Virus record (IMG/VR): IMGVR_UViG_3300005512_000167
Location: 1 to 33,769 of that record
Length of the DNA: 33,769 nucleotides
DNA from: a virus
Taxonomy: Duplodnaviria > Caudoviricetes
Direction: 5' to 3' (one strand)
Part shown: piece after piece, positions 1 through 8,530 of the stretch
Layout of the letters: every line of letters starts with the position of its first letter
Position numbering within the stretch: the first letter of the stretch is position 1
Translations under genes and position numbers: made by a program
The notes under the pieces: model-generated
Told to the model about the DNA's origin: nothing
Database searches by the model: none
Seen by the model: only the letters and a program-made list of their open reading frames with translations

Positions 1-574
1 CGAATGGCAGGTTCTGTTCACCGACATAATCTGATGAGGCAAACTCATCAATCAGGAACAGGTCTGCATATCCTTTTGGATGCATAGCAAGATAACGCTG
101 ACCATCTTCTGGAATATCGGCAGTACCGAATGTTTCAAAAAGAGTAAGCAGGTTAGCTTTGGTTACAGCAGCACCAGTTGTGCTGATCTGAGTTGCATTC
201 GCACCAGCGTCCATAGCTGTGTACAGAATCTCATCGGTTTTGCGACCCAAGGCAGCAGCAGCTGATTGTGCTACAGCTTGACGCTCATCGATGTTGGTCT
301 TCAACTCATCGAGCTTGTCGATGTACTCTGGTGCATAGTAGTCAGCCATAGTAGCTTCTACGTTAGTATGCGCCAGTTCCATTGGAGTTACGTTGCCGTT
401 ACGAGACTTAGTGTTTGCTGACCCAGTACCAATCTTCTGGAAGCGAACAACAGAACCACGAACATTACCAGCGGTGCGAACAGTGTTGCGGAGTTTAGAA
501 CCCATACGCTGATAAGCCATGTGAACTTCAGTCTCGAACTGCTTGATAAAGGCTTGGTCAATTGTATTAGCCAT
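1..574 (-). CDS. Major capsid protein, N-terminal part (runs off window start)
   Basis: Manual translation from ATG 574, open to position 1: MANTIDQAFIKQFETEVHMAYQRMGSKLRNTVR...AAAALGRKTDEIL...DIPEDGQRYLAMHP..., typical podoviral capsid. Lies downstream of scaffold, with an AAGGA RBS upstream. Absent from the ORF track because it is truncated. Confidence 0.9.
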   Translation of the reverse strand, partial: MANTIDQAFIKQFETEVHMAYQRMGSKLRNTVRTAGNVRGSVVRFQKIGTGSANTKSRNGNVTPMELAHTNVEATMADYYAPEYIDKLDELKTNIDERQAVAQSAAAALGRKTDEILYTAMDAGANATQISTTGAAVTKANLLTLFETFGTADIPEDGQRYLAMHPKGYADLFLIDEFASSDYVGEQNLPF

Positions 575-679
575 TTCTTTCAGTCCTTATAAAAAAGTTA
601 CACTACACCAACGGTTGTCCGTTTCGTTCCTCATCCAGTTGTCCCAATCGGGGCTGTCAGTCTAAAACAGGCCGTAATA

Positions 680-1225
680 TCATTCAAATCTCACTTCTAT
701 GTTGTAATTGCAACGCACAAAACGCACACAGTTAAAGCCATTAATAACTGTAGGTTTGTGAGCAAACATAAAACCCAACCAACTCAACCACTTAATAGTT
801 TTGTTGTGATCAGCCGGTACAACATTTTCTAATATGTCAAACTGTGTTTGAAGGTGTTCTACTATCTGTTTGGTAACTCTAAGAAACTTGCGCCACTCTT
901 TATCTATCAAGTCACTACCAAGTAACCATATAACTGCACTGTACAAATCGTCTTCGTCAGATATTCCTGACACACCATACATGCATGCTGGCTCTCCGTT
1001 GATAAGAATAGTCCATGTTTGACCACTCTTATCAGCAAGAGGCAAGTGCAGCGCAGCCCAAGGGGATGCTCCGGAAATCATGCATTCACGAATGTCTGTA
1101 GTTCTAAGACGATGTTGAAGATAACCAGCGTGTTCGCTGGTTGCCTTCACTATTTCTATGCCATCGGCCTTATGGTAGATGTTACCGATAGAGTTGGGAA
1201 AAACCCTCTTCGACTTGCTTGACAT
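680..1225 (-). CDS. T7 gp13-like (internal virion protein A / GNAT-like) protein
   Basis: LRTTDIREC..., IWLLGSD, LENVVPADHNKTIKWLSWLGF match the gp13-like family pattern. Start uncertain (1225 or 1234). Confidence 0.7.
   Translation of the reverse strand: MSSKSKRVFPNSIGNIYHKADGIEIVKATSEHAGYLQHRLRTTDIRECMISGASPWAALHLPLADKSGQTWTILINGEPACMYGVSGISDEDDLYSAVIWLLGSDLIDKEWRKFLRVTKQIVEHLQTQFDILENVVPADHNKTIKWLSWLGFMFAHKPTVINGFNCVRFVRCNYNIEVRFE
711..720 (-). promoter_or_regulatory. TTGTGCGTTG motif upstream of capsid gene
   Basis: Identical 10-mer recurs at 3985, 7986 and 24763. Confidence 0.6.
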
Positions 1226-1883
1226 ATGCAGCATCTCTCTTCACAGGGTTCCAGTAACGTGGGTCTTGCATCATTGAACGCAAATCAGCTTCTGATGCAC
1301 GACCAACCGGTTGACCATCAGCCGATACAGATGATCCCTGCATTTGAGACATAAGAAACTCTAAAGCCTCGATGCCTTTTGCTGACTGACCAATGCCGAC
1401 AATCACTTCTTCAAACTCTGCCGGGAAAAACTTTTTAGACCAGAGGTCAACAGCTTCGATACGAGCATCAGCATTATCACCAAGAAGCTGACGTTCAGCA
1501 TCAAGATCAGGCTGCATAGCCTCAAGAGCTTCTGCATACTGGCTGATGCCATCTTCAAACTCTTCTTGGCTATATCCATTTTCATATGCATGATTAGCCC
1601 ACCACTGAAACAATGCATTGTCAGTTGCAAGTTCCGGGTCAATAGCTTCCGGGATGCTATAGTCACCAGCTGTAGCTGGTCTATTTGAGTATGCTTCTTG
1701 CTCTAGTTCAGAAACAATCTTGTCTCTAAGAGCATCTTCACCCTGACCTAGCTTTGATTCTAGTTCAGAATATGATGATGCCATATCTTCTGGTGATTTA
1801 AATTTCTCAGGAAGCCACTCTGGTCGATCGGACACAGGTGCTTCTGTAGCCACAGCTACTTCCACATTATCTGCTTGTTCCAT
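1182..1883 (-). CDS. Capsid assembly (scaffolding) protein, T7 gp9-like
   Basis: Acidic; RPEWLPEKFKSPEDMASSYSELESKLG and C-terminal MQDPRYW motifs; lies between portal and capsid. Confidence 0.85.
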   Translation of the reverse strand: MEQADNVEVAVATEAPVSDRPEWLPEKFKSPEDMASSYSELESKLGQGEDALRDKIVSELEQEAYSNRPATAGDYSIPEAIDPELATDNALFQWWANHAYENGYSQEEFEDGISQYAEALEAMQPDLDAERQLLGDNADARIEAVDLWSKKFFPAEFEEVIVGIGQSAKGIEALEFLMSQMQGSSVSADGQPVGRASEADLRSMMQDPRYWNPVKRDAAYVKQVEEGFSQLYR

Positions 1884-2133
1884 TCTTTTCTACCTTTTCT
1901 GCATGTTTAATACGCCTCTCAAGGAGACCGACTAAATACCGCTGCCCCTCAAGATGCCTTAACTCGGCATCAGAAGCTGCTGGCCCTGTGACTGCTTCGA
2001 TGGTAATGGAGCGTAAATACTTCAACACTTCCTGTCCATTAGGAGTGCGAAACAATGCCCTTACGTCTTTGGATAGTTTTTCATCGTTCTGTTTAGTACG
2101 AGGAAAATTATCAATACCTAGTTGATTAGACAT
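1867..2133 (-). CDS. Conserved phage protein (Bbp19-like) downstream of portal
   Basis: LFRTPNGQEVLKYL...LEGQR pattern and position. Confidence 0.6.
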   Translation of the reverse strand: MSNQLGIDNFPRTKQNDEKLSKDVRALFRTPNGQEVLKYLRSITIEAVTGPAASDAELRHLEGQRYLVGLLERRIKHAEKVEKNGTSR

Positions 2134-3667
2134 CCTGTCCTTGCATCATCTGTTGTTGTTGCATTTGTTGCTGTCTCATTTGCTGTGCAGCTGCTATCAA
2201 CTCTTCACGATCTACTTTATCGCGTACAAGTGTATCAGGCACACCAAACTTCTTAGCAAGATGCACCGCAACATCTTCTGAGCTTACAAGTAGGTTAAGG
2301 ATTTCTGGCCCAAACGTACCACCAACCAACTGCAAGTAACGAGATATAGATGATATATCTTGATTAGCTTGCGCTTGTGCAAGAGGTGATACAGAACGAA
2401 TCTTTACTTCACGCCCATTGATTGTAGGTAAATCAATGCGACCTTGCTTCTTCAATATATAAACGACCCGCTGCAAGATTGGTTGCACCATCTCTGCTTG
2501 CAGTCTGCCGAAAGCAGAGCCAATCCGTCTGGATAGGTCAGCCATCCGTTCTGCCACTTCAGTCGCGCTAGCGGGTGTTTTGTTGGGGTCGCCAAGCATA
2601 TCGTTATACAACGCTCGCTTGATGTTACTGCGCATATCCCCAAGAACCAGCTGCGCAACATCAAAGTTGCCAGCGTTCCTGATCGGCTGCAAACCTTGCG
2701 ACCCCATAGCTTTAGGAATGATGGTTCCCGGCACAAGGTTAATTGTGTCGGTATTGATAATACCATCATCATCCATTTGATAAATGCCAGAGATAGCCAT
2801 CTGTGCATTTTCAAGAACAAGCTCGATAGTAAGGTTGGTTGTCTTAATTGCAGACAATGCGTTGATTAGTGGGCCACGCCCATAGATTTCACCACTGGCT
2901 TTTGACCAACGGAAACAAACATAAGGGTTTGCACCAGTGCCTTTGAACTGATCAATTACAATAGTCTCTTGTTCTGGTACGTTAATTACATAAAAGTCAA
3001 AGCGATCTTCGTTTCGCTTCTCATAGTTACGGCAAACAATCTCAACGATCTGCACTTTGCCATCTGGATTGCTAGCTATTGCTTTGGCGGTTCTTTCTTG
3101 AAATACCGCTTTTGGATACGCCACAGGCAAATCCGAATACTTGAGAGAACGCTGTCTATATACATGGTCAATTTTATCATCCGGGCCTGTATCAAGATAT
3201 ACACTCGGTAATGGAATCGCATTGAAGCGAACCGGATTAACTGCGTCACCTTCTTCAACAAGAAGGATGCCTGTACCAACAGCCAAGTCCATAAACGATT
3301 CATGAACTTCTTGCCCAAAGTTAGAGTTCTGGATAATTTCAAATACATAATCTGTTACCTGATCCAAGCTGTTATTAACATCATCAGCTTCTTGTTCCGG
3401 CACTTCGCTGCCAGCAAGTAGATCAGCCCAACGTGCAAAGTTAGGAACAAGACCTGATTGCAATCTTGATGCAAACTCTTGTGTGCCTACAACAGCAGTC
3501 TCATCAAAGATTTTATCGTCACGGCGTTGACCGGGGCTTTCATAAAAAAAGCTCTGCCGCATTGGAAGAGCATATTCATAACACTCTTCAAACAATGATT
3601 CAAAAAGCACCCGGTTCTGTTTAGACTTCTCGAACCGTTCTAGCATACGCCGTGCAACTGTATCCAT
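2126..3667 (-). CDS. Portal (head-to-tail connector), T7 gp8-like
   Basis: 513 aa; CFRWSKASGEIYGRGP, SATEVAER and SPLAQAQ motifs of podoviral connectors. Confidence 0.93.
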   Translation of the reverse strand: MDTVARRMLERFEKSKQNRVLFESLFEECYEYALPMRQSFFYESPGQRRDDKIFDETAVVGTQEFASRLQSGLVPNFARWADLLAGSEVPEQEADDVNNSLDQVTDYVFEIIQNSNFGQEVHESFMDLAVGTGILLVEEGDAVNPVRFNAIPLPSVYLDTGPDDKIDHVYRQRSLKYSDLPVAYPKAVFQERTAKAIASNPDGKVQIVEIVCRNYEKRNEDRFDFYVINVPEQETIVIDQFKGTGANPYVCFRWSKASGEIYGRGPLINALSAIKTTNLTIELVLENAQMAISGIYQMDDDGIINTDTINLVPGTIIPKAMGSQGLQPIRNAGNFDVAQLVLGDMRSNIKRALYNDMLGDPNKTPASATEVAERMADLSRRIGSAFGRLQAEMVQPILQRVVYILKKQGRIDLPTINGREVKIRSVSPLAQAQANQDISSISRYLQLVGGTFGPEILNLLVSSEDVAVHLAKKFGVPDTLVRDKVDREELIAAAQQMRQQQMQQQQMMQGQDV

Positions 3668-3939
3668 TATATGGTCTCATCAAAATAGCCAACACCACCA
3701 GCCTGACCTGTAATCAGGGAACGCTGGCCTGTGCCGCCACGCTTGCGTCTGCGAACTTGATCTTGCAATCTTTTTTGACGCTCTTCTTTTTGCGTCTCTT
3801 CTTGTTCTGCCATCATACGCTTACGTTCTTCAGCAGCAGACTTATCTTCTTCTGGAACTGGTGGAGCTTGAGGCTTTGAAATGCCAAGTAAGCCACGAGT
3901 AAGTTTGACAACTGGCTTAAAAACAGATGAGGTACACAT
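3667..3939 (-). CDS. Small virion/assembly protein upstream of portal
   Basis: MC-start, Pro-rich segment then coiled coil with RRRKRGG..RSLIT; AGGAG RBS; positional analogue of T7 gp7.3. Confidence 0.55.
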   Translation of the reverse strand: MCTSSVFKPVVKLTRGLLGISKPQAPPVPEEDKSAAEERKRMMAEQEETQKEERQKRLQDQVRRRKRGGTGQRSLITGQAGGVGYFDETI

Positions 3940-3984
3940 GCTAATCTCCTTTATGCCGTAATAACCCTATGCATGTTTGCAACG

Positions 3985-3994
3985 CAACGCACAA
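3985..3994 (-). promoter_or_regulatory. TTGTGCGTTG motif upstream of portal operon
   Basis: Intergenic, immediately after the terL stop. Confidence 0.65.
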
Positions 3995-5533
3995 TTACAT
4001 TCTTGACCACAGACCCTGCCTTCTTGGCTTTGGCCTACGGCTGAATACATCGAACTCCGTCTTAGCTTGGAACGGCTTAGTGGTTGCAGAAACATTGCGC
4101 AATATGTTTCTACCTTCACCAGCACCCATCATTAAATACTGCAATGCATCATGTATGTGAGAGAAGTGGTTCTTCTCCGGCTTATCATCAAACCTTTCAC
4201 CAGATACTTGCATACGCTTATACTGATAGCCACCCTCAAAGCCTTTGATCAAAGTACGGCATCGAGGGTCAACAAGAAACCCAGATGCACCCTCAATCAT
4301 TCTATTCAATGGTGCATTAACAGATTCAAGACGCAGTGATACATCATTTGATTGCGCCGGTCTTGCATTCAAGCCGCAGCCGCGCAGTATCTGAAACGGT
4401 GTCGATTCATCAGTTTGTGCGCGGAAGTCGCCAGCTGGATCACCTATAATGTTTATTTCGCAATCCCCATACCGTGATGAAATCTCTTGCCGCATCACCT
4501 CGCTAAACCTAACAATGCCCATATCAAACGCAACAATCTCTTGCAAAATTAACCAACGCCCACGCACCTTTTGACCAATGACAGCAGCAGGGGTAAGGCC
4601 AAAGTCAACACCAATATATACAGGCACACCCGATGCCACCGGGATTTCTTCTTTGGCGACATGGGTATCAGTAACAAACATGGGATAAACGGGTTTGCCA
4701 TCTTTGATAGTACCTAACTGATTCATTACATAGACATCAATCCAACTCTTCGTCTTTCCCCTGACGATATTCGGATAATAGTCTTTCCTCATATTGTTTG
4801 TGTTTTCTGCACTCTCGTTTGGGATATAATCGGTGACGTTTCCTTCCTGATCTTTGACTTCCGTCATGCCAGCTGGCTGGGTGTAGAACTCCCAATTGTC
4901 TGGCTTTACCAACATTTTTGCTTCGTCTTTGGGTATATGATCTGGTATCGGCACTTCGCCCGACATTATCGGCCACCAATGATCCTCCTCTGGAGCGTTA
5001 GTATCTGCAATTACACCTGTCCATGTGCAGCCGCCATCTTTCATAGAAGGGTAACGACCAACACGCATAGTACAAGCATCGATGATAGACTTAGGTATTT
5101 CCCTAGCCTCGTTGATCCATATGCCTGTAAGTTCTAATGACAACAACTTCTTGACATCTTCTGGCCTATCCAATGCCAAAAAGATAACTTCGAGATCGAT
5201 GTCAGCCCTTTTAATATGGTGTGTGTATGGCACAGACCAAAGGAACTTGCCCCACTCTTCTTCGGGAAACCAGTCAAGCCATGTCTTAATGGTTGTAGTT
5301 TTAAGCTGCGGGTTAGTATTACGGATAATAGCCCAGCGGCTGTGACGCTTTCCATCTTCTGCTTTTTTCTGTTGGAGTGCGCGGCGAAAGATTTCAACAC
5401 AACAACATACAGACTTACCAGAACCTACCGGCCCTCTAAGGCCACGAAAGAATACATCAGACTTCATAAAAGATTTTATGACCTGACCATCTGGCTTGTA
5501 CTTAAAGTTGGTCAACCTTGTTATCCTTGCCAA
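3995..5533 (-). CDS. terL: Terminase large subunit
   Basis: Walker A GPVGSGKS, Walker B WINEARE, DTN coupling motif, nuclease GVDFG and HIHDALQY. True start may be TTG at 5515. Confidence 0.93.
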   Translation of the reverse strand: MARITRLTNFKYKPDGQVIKSFMKSDVFFRGLRGPVGSGKSVCCCVEIFRRALQQKKAEDGKRHSRWAIIRNTNPQLKTTTIKTWLDWFPEEEWGKFLWSVPYTHHIKRADIDLEVIFLALDRPEDVKKLLSLELTGIWINEAREIPKSIIDACTMRVGRYPSMKDGGCTWTGVIADTNAPEEDHWWPIMSGEVPIPDHIPKDEAKMLVKPDNWEFYTQPAGMTEVKDQEGNVTDYIPNESAENTNNMRKDYYPNIVRGKTKSWIDVYVMNQLGTIKDGKPVYPMFVTDTHVAKEEIPVASGVPVYIGVDFGLTPAAVIGQKVRGRWLILQEIVAFDMGIVRFSEVMRQEISSRYGDCEINIIGDPAGDFRAQTDESTPFQILRGCGLNARPAQSNDVSLRLESVNAPLNRMIEGASGFLVDPRCRTLIKGFEGGYQYKRMQVSGERFDDKPEKNHFSHIHDALQYLMMGAGEGRNILRNVSATTKPFQAKTEFDVFSRRPKPRRQGLWSRM

Positions 5534-5696
5534 ACTTAATCATATGCTCAACAACCTCTGGCCCTATAACAGATATAACTTTATCTGCTTCACGGTCAGT
5601 GCAAAATTCTTTTGGGTGGTGAGAAAGGTGTACCTTCTTCACTATTTTTCTAAGAAGGTCACGCTCTTCTTTCTTTAATGTGTGTAAAAAGCTCAT
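5502..5696 (-). CDS. Hypothetical protein
   Basis: 64-aa ORF translationally coupled between neighbours. Confidence 0.6.
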   Translation of the reverse strand: MSFLHTLKKEERDLLRKIVKKVHLSHHPKEFCTDREADKVISVIGPEVVEHMIKFGKDNKVDQL

Positions 5697-6124
5697 GCTG
5701 CCTCAAGAATAAAAAAGCCAATAGACATTACTAACAATATAATCCCTATTACGCCAGAGCCAATCATTATGTTTTCTACAAGCTGTCGTTGTTTGCGGTG
5801 CGCTTCAAGCTGCTGCTGTTGACGCTCGACCCTAGCTTTGCGTTGAAACTCAATCCAGTCTTGGTACAAACCCGGCCTACCATACAACTGCATATAAGAC
5901 CTAAGATCAGCTTCCTTCTTACGCAACTCCTCAAGAGCCATAAACTCTTGGAAGTCATCACCAAACATAGATGACTTTTTCTTTAATTGCTTTTGACGGA
6001 TTGTTTCTTGTGAGTGGACAAACTTACTTATCTCACTGCCGACAGATGCTAACTCGCGTCCATTCTGGATGGCTGTCTTGATAACAGCAAACGCCGCATT
6101 AGCAGCTGCGAGTTCAGCAAGCAT
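5693..6124 (-). CDS. Hypothetical protein with C-terminal TM helix
   Basis: Coiled coil followed by hydrophobic IMIGSGVIGIILLVMSIGFFIL; start and stop overlap neighbours. Confidence 0.7.
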   Translation of the reverse strand: MLAELAAANAAFAVIKTAIQNGRELASVGSEISKFVHSQETIRQKQLKKKSSMFGDDFQEFMALEELRKKEADLRSYMQLYGRPGLYQDWIEFQRKARVERQQQQLEAHRKQRQLVENIMIGSGVIGIILLVMSIGFFILEAA

Positions 6125-6369
6125 TATCTAAACCTTTTTGCTATACGTCTTGCAGCCTTTGGCTGGCTCGAAAACTGTTTGCCCTTCTTAGTGTCTTCGC
6201 GTTTCTTCTTGCTGCTTGCTGCATACTGGCTAGCACTCATAGCTTTAATAGCAGCTGAAGGCAGATACCGTTCACCAGTAGCTTTAGAGCCTTGCGTTGA
6301 TGGGTTGCCTGACTTGGTGCGCCACTTCTGCCTTGTCCATGCTCTTAATGATTTTTGCGGAGGCTTCAT
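6124..6369 (-). CDS. Small basic protein (DUF5872-like C-terminal half)
   Basis: QKSLRAWTRQKWRTKSG...GERYLP motif; K/R-rich. Confidence 0.65.
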   Translation of the reverse strand: MKPPQKSLRAWTRQKWRTKSGNPSTQGSKATGERYLPSAAIKAMSASQYAASSKKKREDTKKGKQFSSQPKAARRIAKRFR

Positions 6370-6566
6370 TACTGGCCTTTAGATTTTAAATACTCAATAT
6401 AAAGATTTTGCAGCTTAACCTTGGGCAGAGTATCCATCTCTTTTCTTGTTGCAATGCCCTTTGATTTTGCCCAATCTCTAAAATTATTGTTCAAAGCAAA
6501 GCGAACTTCATCACCACTAGCTTTGATAAGTGATTTATTTTTTGGTTTGTTAGGTACGTTTTTCAT
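6369..6566 (-). CDS. Small basic hypothetical protein
   Basis: 65-aa Lys-rich ORF coupled to both neighbours by ATGA/TAATG overlaps. Confidence 0.6.
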   Translation of the reverse strand: MKNVPNKPKNKSLIKASGDEVRFALNNNFRDWAKSKGIATRKEMDTLPKVKLQNLYIEYLKSKGQ

Positions 6567-6730
6567 GAGGTATATCCACCACCTTTTGCTTTATATGCTT
6601 TAGCCAGCATCTGCGCCTTACGCGCAGACCACTGACCGGGCTTGCCGCCTTTGCCGCCAGCCTTTATGCGATTGAACAAAGCCTTGCGCATTCCCGGCTT
6701 TGTATAGTTGCCAGCTGCGTTAACTGCCAT
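6563..6730 (-). CDS. Small basic protein (DUF5872-like N-terminal half), not in ORF track
   Basis: Manual translation: MAVNAAGNYTKPGMRKALFNRIKAGGKGGKPGQWSARKAQMLAKAYKAKGGGYTS* (55 aa). Confidence 0.75.
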   Translation of the reverse strand: MAVNAAGNYTKPGMRKALFNRIKAGGKGGKPGQWSARKAQMLAKAYKAKGGGYTS

Positions 6731-6854
6731 TCTTTTTAGACTTCATAATCTTTTTCTTTAATGCTTCGGGCAACTTCTTCTGCCCAGCAGTAAGCATTGA
6801 CTTCTTTGGTGGACGACCCTTCTTTGAGCCGTATGTTCCTTTACCCATTGGCAT
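6720..6854 (-). CDS. Very small basic protein with AT-hook-like KGRPPK, not in ORF track
   Basis: Manual translation: MPMGKGTYGSKKGRPPKKSMLTAGQKKLPEALKKKIMKSKKNGS* (44 aa); fills the gap exactly with a TAATG coupling. Confidence 0.7.
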   Translation of the reverse strand: MPMGKGTYGSKKGRPPKKSMLTAGQKKLPEALKKKIMKSKKNGS

Positions 6855-7168
6855 TATGCTCTCGCTTTCTTTGCTTTGTTACGTTTACTAATCGCCCTAG
6901 CTTTTTTTACTGCATCAGCTTTGGACGATGCACCCCATGCTTGTAAAGACTTTAACAAGCGCGTTGGCTCTCCATCACTATCTCTTTCCGGCCCCTTCAT
7001 GTTTCCCATCCGTGCTAGGAAGCTGGCGCGGCGTGGGTTGTCCCCTGACTTTACTGGTGCTTTGAGGGTGCCGCCTTTGTAGGATGCGCGACCGGCAGCG
7101 TTGAGACCACCGCTGGGGTTCTTTCCTTCTTTGCGTGTCCATGCTGGGGTTTTAAACTTTCTAGCCAT
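6854..7168 (-). CDS. Small basic protein (DUF6321-like)
   Basis: EGKNPSGGLNAAGRASY...RRASFLARM motif, recalled from marine phages; family name from memory. Confidence 0.65.
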   Translation of the reverse strand: MARKFKTPAWTRKEGKNPSGGLNAAGRASYKGGTLKAPVKSGDNPRRASFLARMGNMKGPERDSDGEPTRLLKSLQAWGASSKADAVKKARAISKRNKAKKARA

Positions 7169-7938
7169 TACTTTTGATTATCCATTAAATTTCTTGGATC
7201 AAAGTTATCAGCAATAAATGCTTCCATTGCCTCATCTTCCAAAGGGTCTGGGAGATCAACAGTGTCTTGAGATGCAAAGCCACTCCCATCATCCATGTCA
7301 GATGTAAGCCCACCAGCTTCGGCTGGTGTAATAAACATGCTGGTAAAGGTGTCCCACAATTTCTTACGCTTGTTGGTCATCGGCCCTTCAAACACAAACG
7401 TAGATGCAGTCGGCTCGATGTCGTTGTCAAAATCCATGTCAACAACTTGTGGCTCATCAGGTATGCGTATACGCACCTTCAATGCATCCTCGCGGCTAGT
7501 GCCATCTGGATTCTCTGGCATCAAGTCGCCGCCAAGTTTGCTAACGAAGGGTAAGATGTTTTTAGTGCCAAGAGATTCTTTTATAGAATCAAGGTAGCTT
7601 TGATCTACAGATTCAAAATCATATGTATCAAAGATTACATACTGCCCATTCTCTTTAGTCACACCAAACTGACCAAGAGATAACTCTACCTCCTGATCAC
7701 CACCATAACCAGAGAGCATGTTTACTTCACCCTCTTCCATATCTGGATAACGCTGCTGGACTATCGAGCGAAGTAACTCAACAGCCTCACCAGATATATT
7801 ATTCTCAGTTATCTCTCTATCCAAAGGATTCATAAACTCAGGCAGCAAAGAATTAACTACACCACGGATGTAGAAGTTCTTGTGCATATCCATATTGGAT
7901 AACATGTCGTTTAATGTGGGCATCGAACCTTCTGCCAA
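7168..7938 (-). CDS. Acidic hypothetical protein
   Basis: 256-aa D/E-rich ORF; start TTG 7938 or ATG 7923. Confidence 0.65.
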   Translation of the reverse strand: MAEGSMPTLNDMLSNMDMHKNFYIRGVVNSLLPEFMNPLDREITENNISGEAVELLRSIVQQRYPDMEEGEVNMLSGYGGDQEVELSLGQFGVTKENGQYVIFDTYDFESVDQSYLDSIKESLGTKNILPFVSKLGGDLMPENPDGTSREDALKVRIRIPDEPQVVDMDFDNDIEPTASTFVFEGPMTNKRKKLWDTFTSMFITPAEAGGLTSDMDDGSGFASQDTVDLPDPLEDEAMEAFIADNFDPRNLMDNQK

Positions 7939-7985
7939 AAAATATTTTTAACAGATGCAATATTGCAGATGGCTTTGAGGTTGCT

Positions 7986-7995
7986 CAACGCACAA
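7986..7995 (-). promoter_or_regulatory. TTGTGCGTTG motif upstream of basic-protein/terL operon
   Basis: Intergenic recurrence. Confidence 0.65.
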
Positions 7996-8077
7996 TCGAA
8001 CATCGAGCCTTTTTAAGAATTACAAGAGTGAAGGGCGGGGTCGAGGGGGACACCACCTAGTTTTTGGGGCCACCCCA

Positions 8078-8449
8078 CTACGATAAGTCAATGCTAACGG
8101 AAATGTCGCCAGCGTGGAGGTGCATGTGTCGCTCAGGGGCTTTGAAACCAGCACGGTCGAGGATGTCTTTGCTCGCTTCCAGCTGCACATACTCACTCTT
8201 AGCCCCTTGAGCGAGCTGCACGAGACGCGCAGCGGCTGTCGTAGCATTCAGCCCAAGCGTTTCTGCAACTCTCTGCATCATATACGCTTGCACATGAGGC
8301 AGCCGTAAAGCCTTGCTAGCAGTCACTCTTCCACTCTCACCGCTAGCGTAACCGGCTTCATGCGCGGCGTCCTTAATAGTACAGCCAGTTGCTACGAGGG
8401 TATCCACAAGCCGCGCTTGTTTGTCGGTTACTACTAGCTGGTTACTCAT
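8078..8449 (-). CDS. terS: Terminase small subunit
   Basis: From ATG 8449: VTDKQARLV...IKDAAHEAGY...ASKALRLPHVQAY (terS HTH) and QLEASKDILDRAGFK. The upstream extension to 8563 crosses poly-G tracts and is unlikely to be translated. Confidence 0.8.
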   Translation of the reverse strand: MSNQLVVTDKQARLVDTLVATGCTIKDAAHEAGYASGESGRVTASKALRLPHVQAYMMQRVAETLGLNATTAAARLVQLAQGAKSEYVQLEASKDILDRAGFKAPERHMHLHAGDISVSIDLS

Positions 8450-8530
8450 CCTCAACCCCTTGCATAAACCCCCCCCTGTGTCCCCCCCCTTATGCCACAT
8501 GCAAATACTCGTTGTCAACTCACAACCCCA

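Noticed and set aside
28-52. CTGATGAG hammerhead-like word
   Set aside because: Antisense to capsid coding sequence; the stem II-GAAA and cleavage-triplet architecture is not evident.
2140-2185. CAA/CAG repeats at the portal 3' end
   Set aside because: Encodes an ordinary Q/M-rich low-complexity portal tail.
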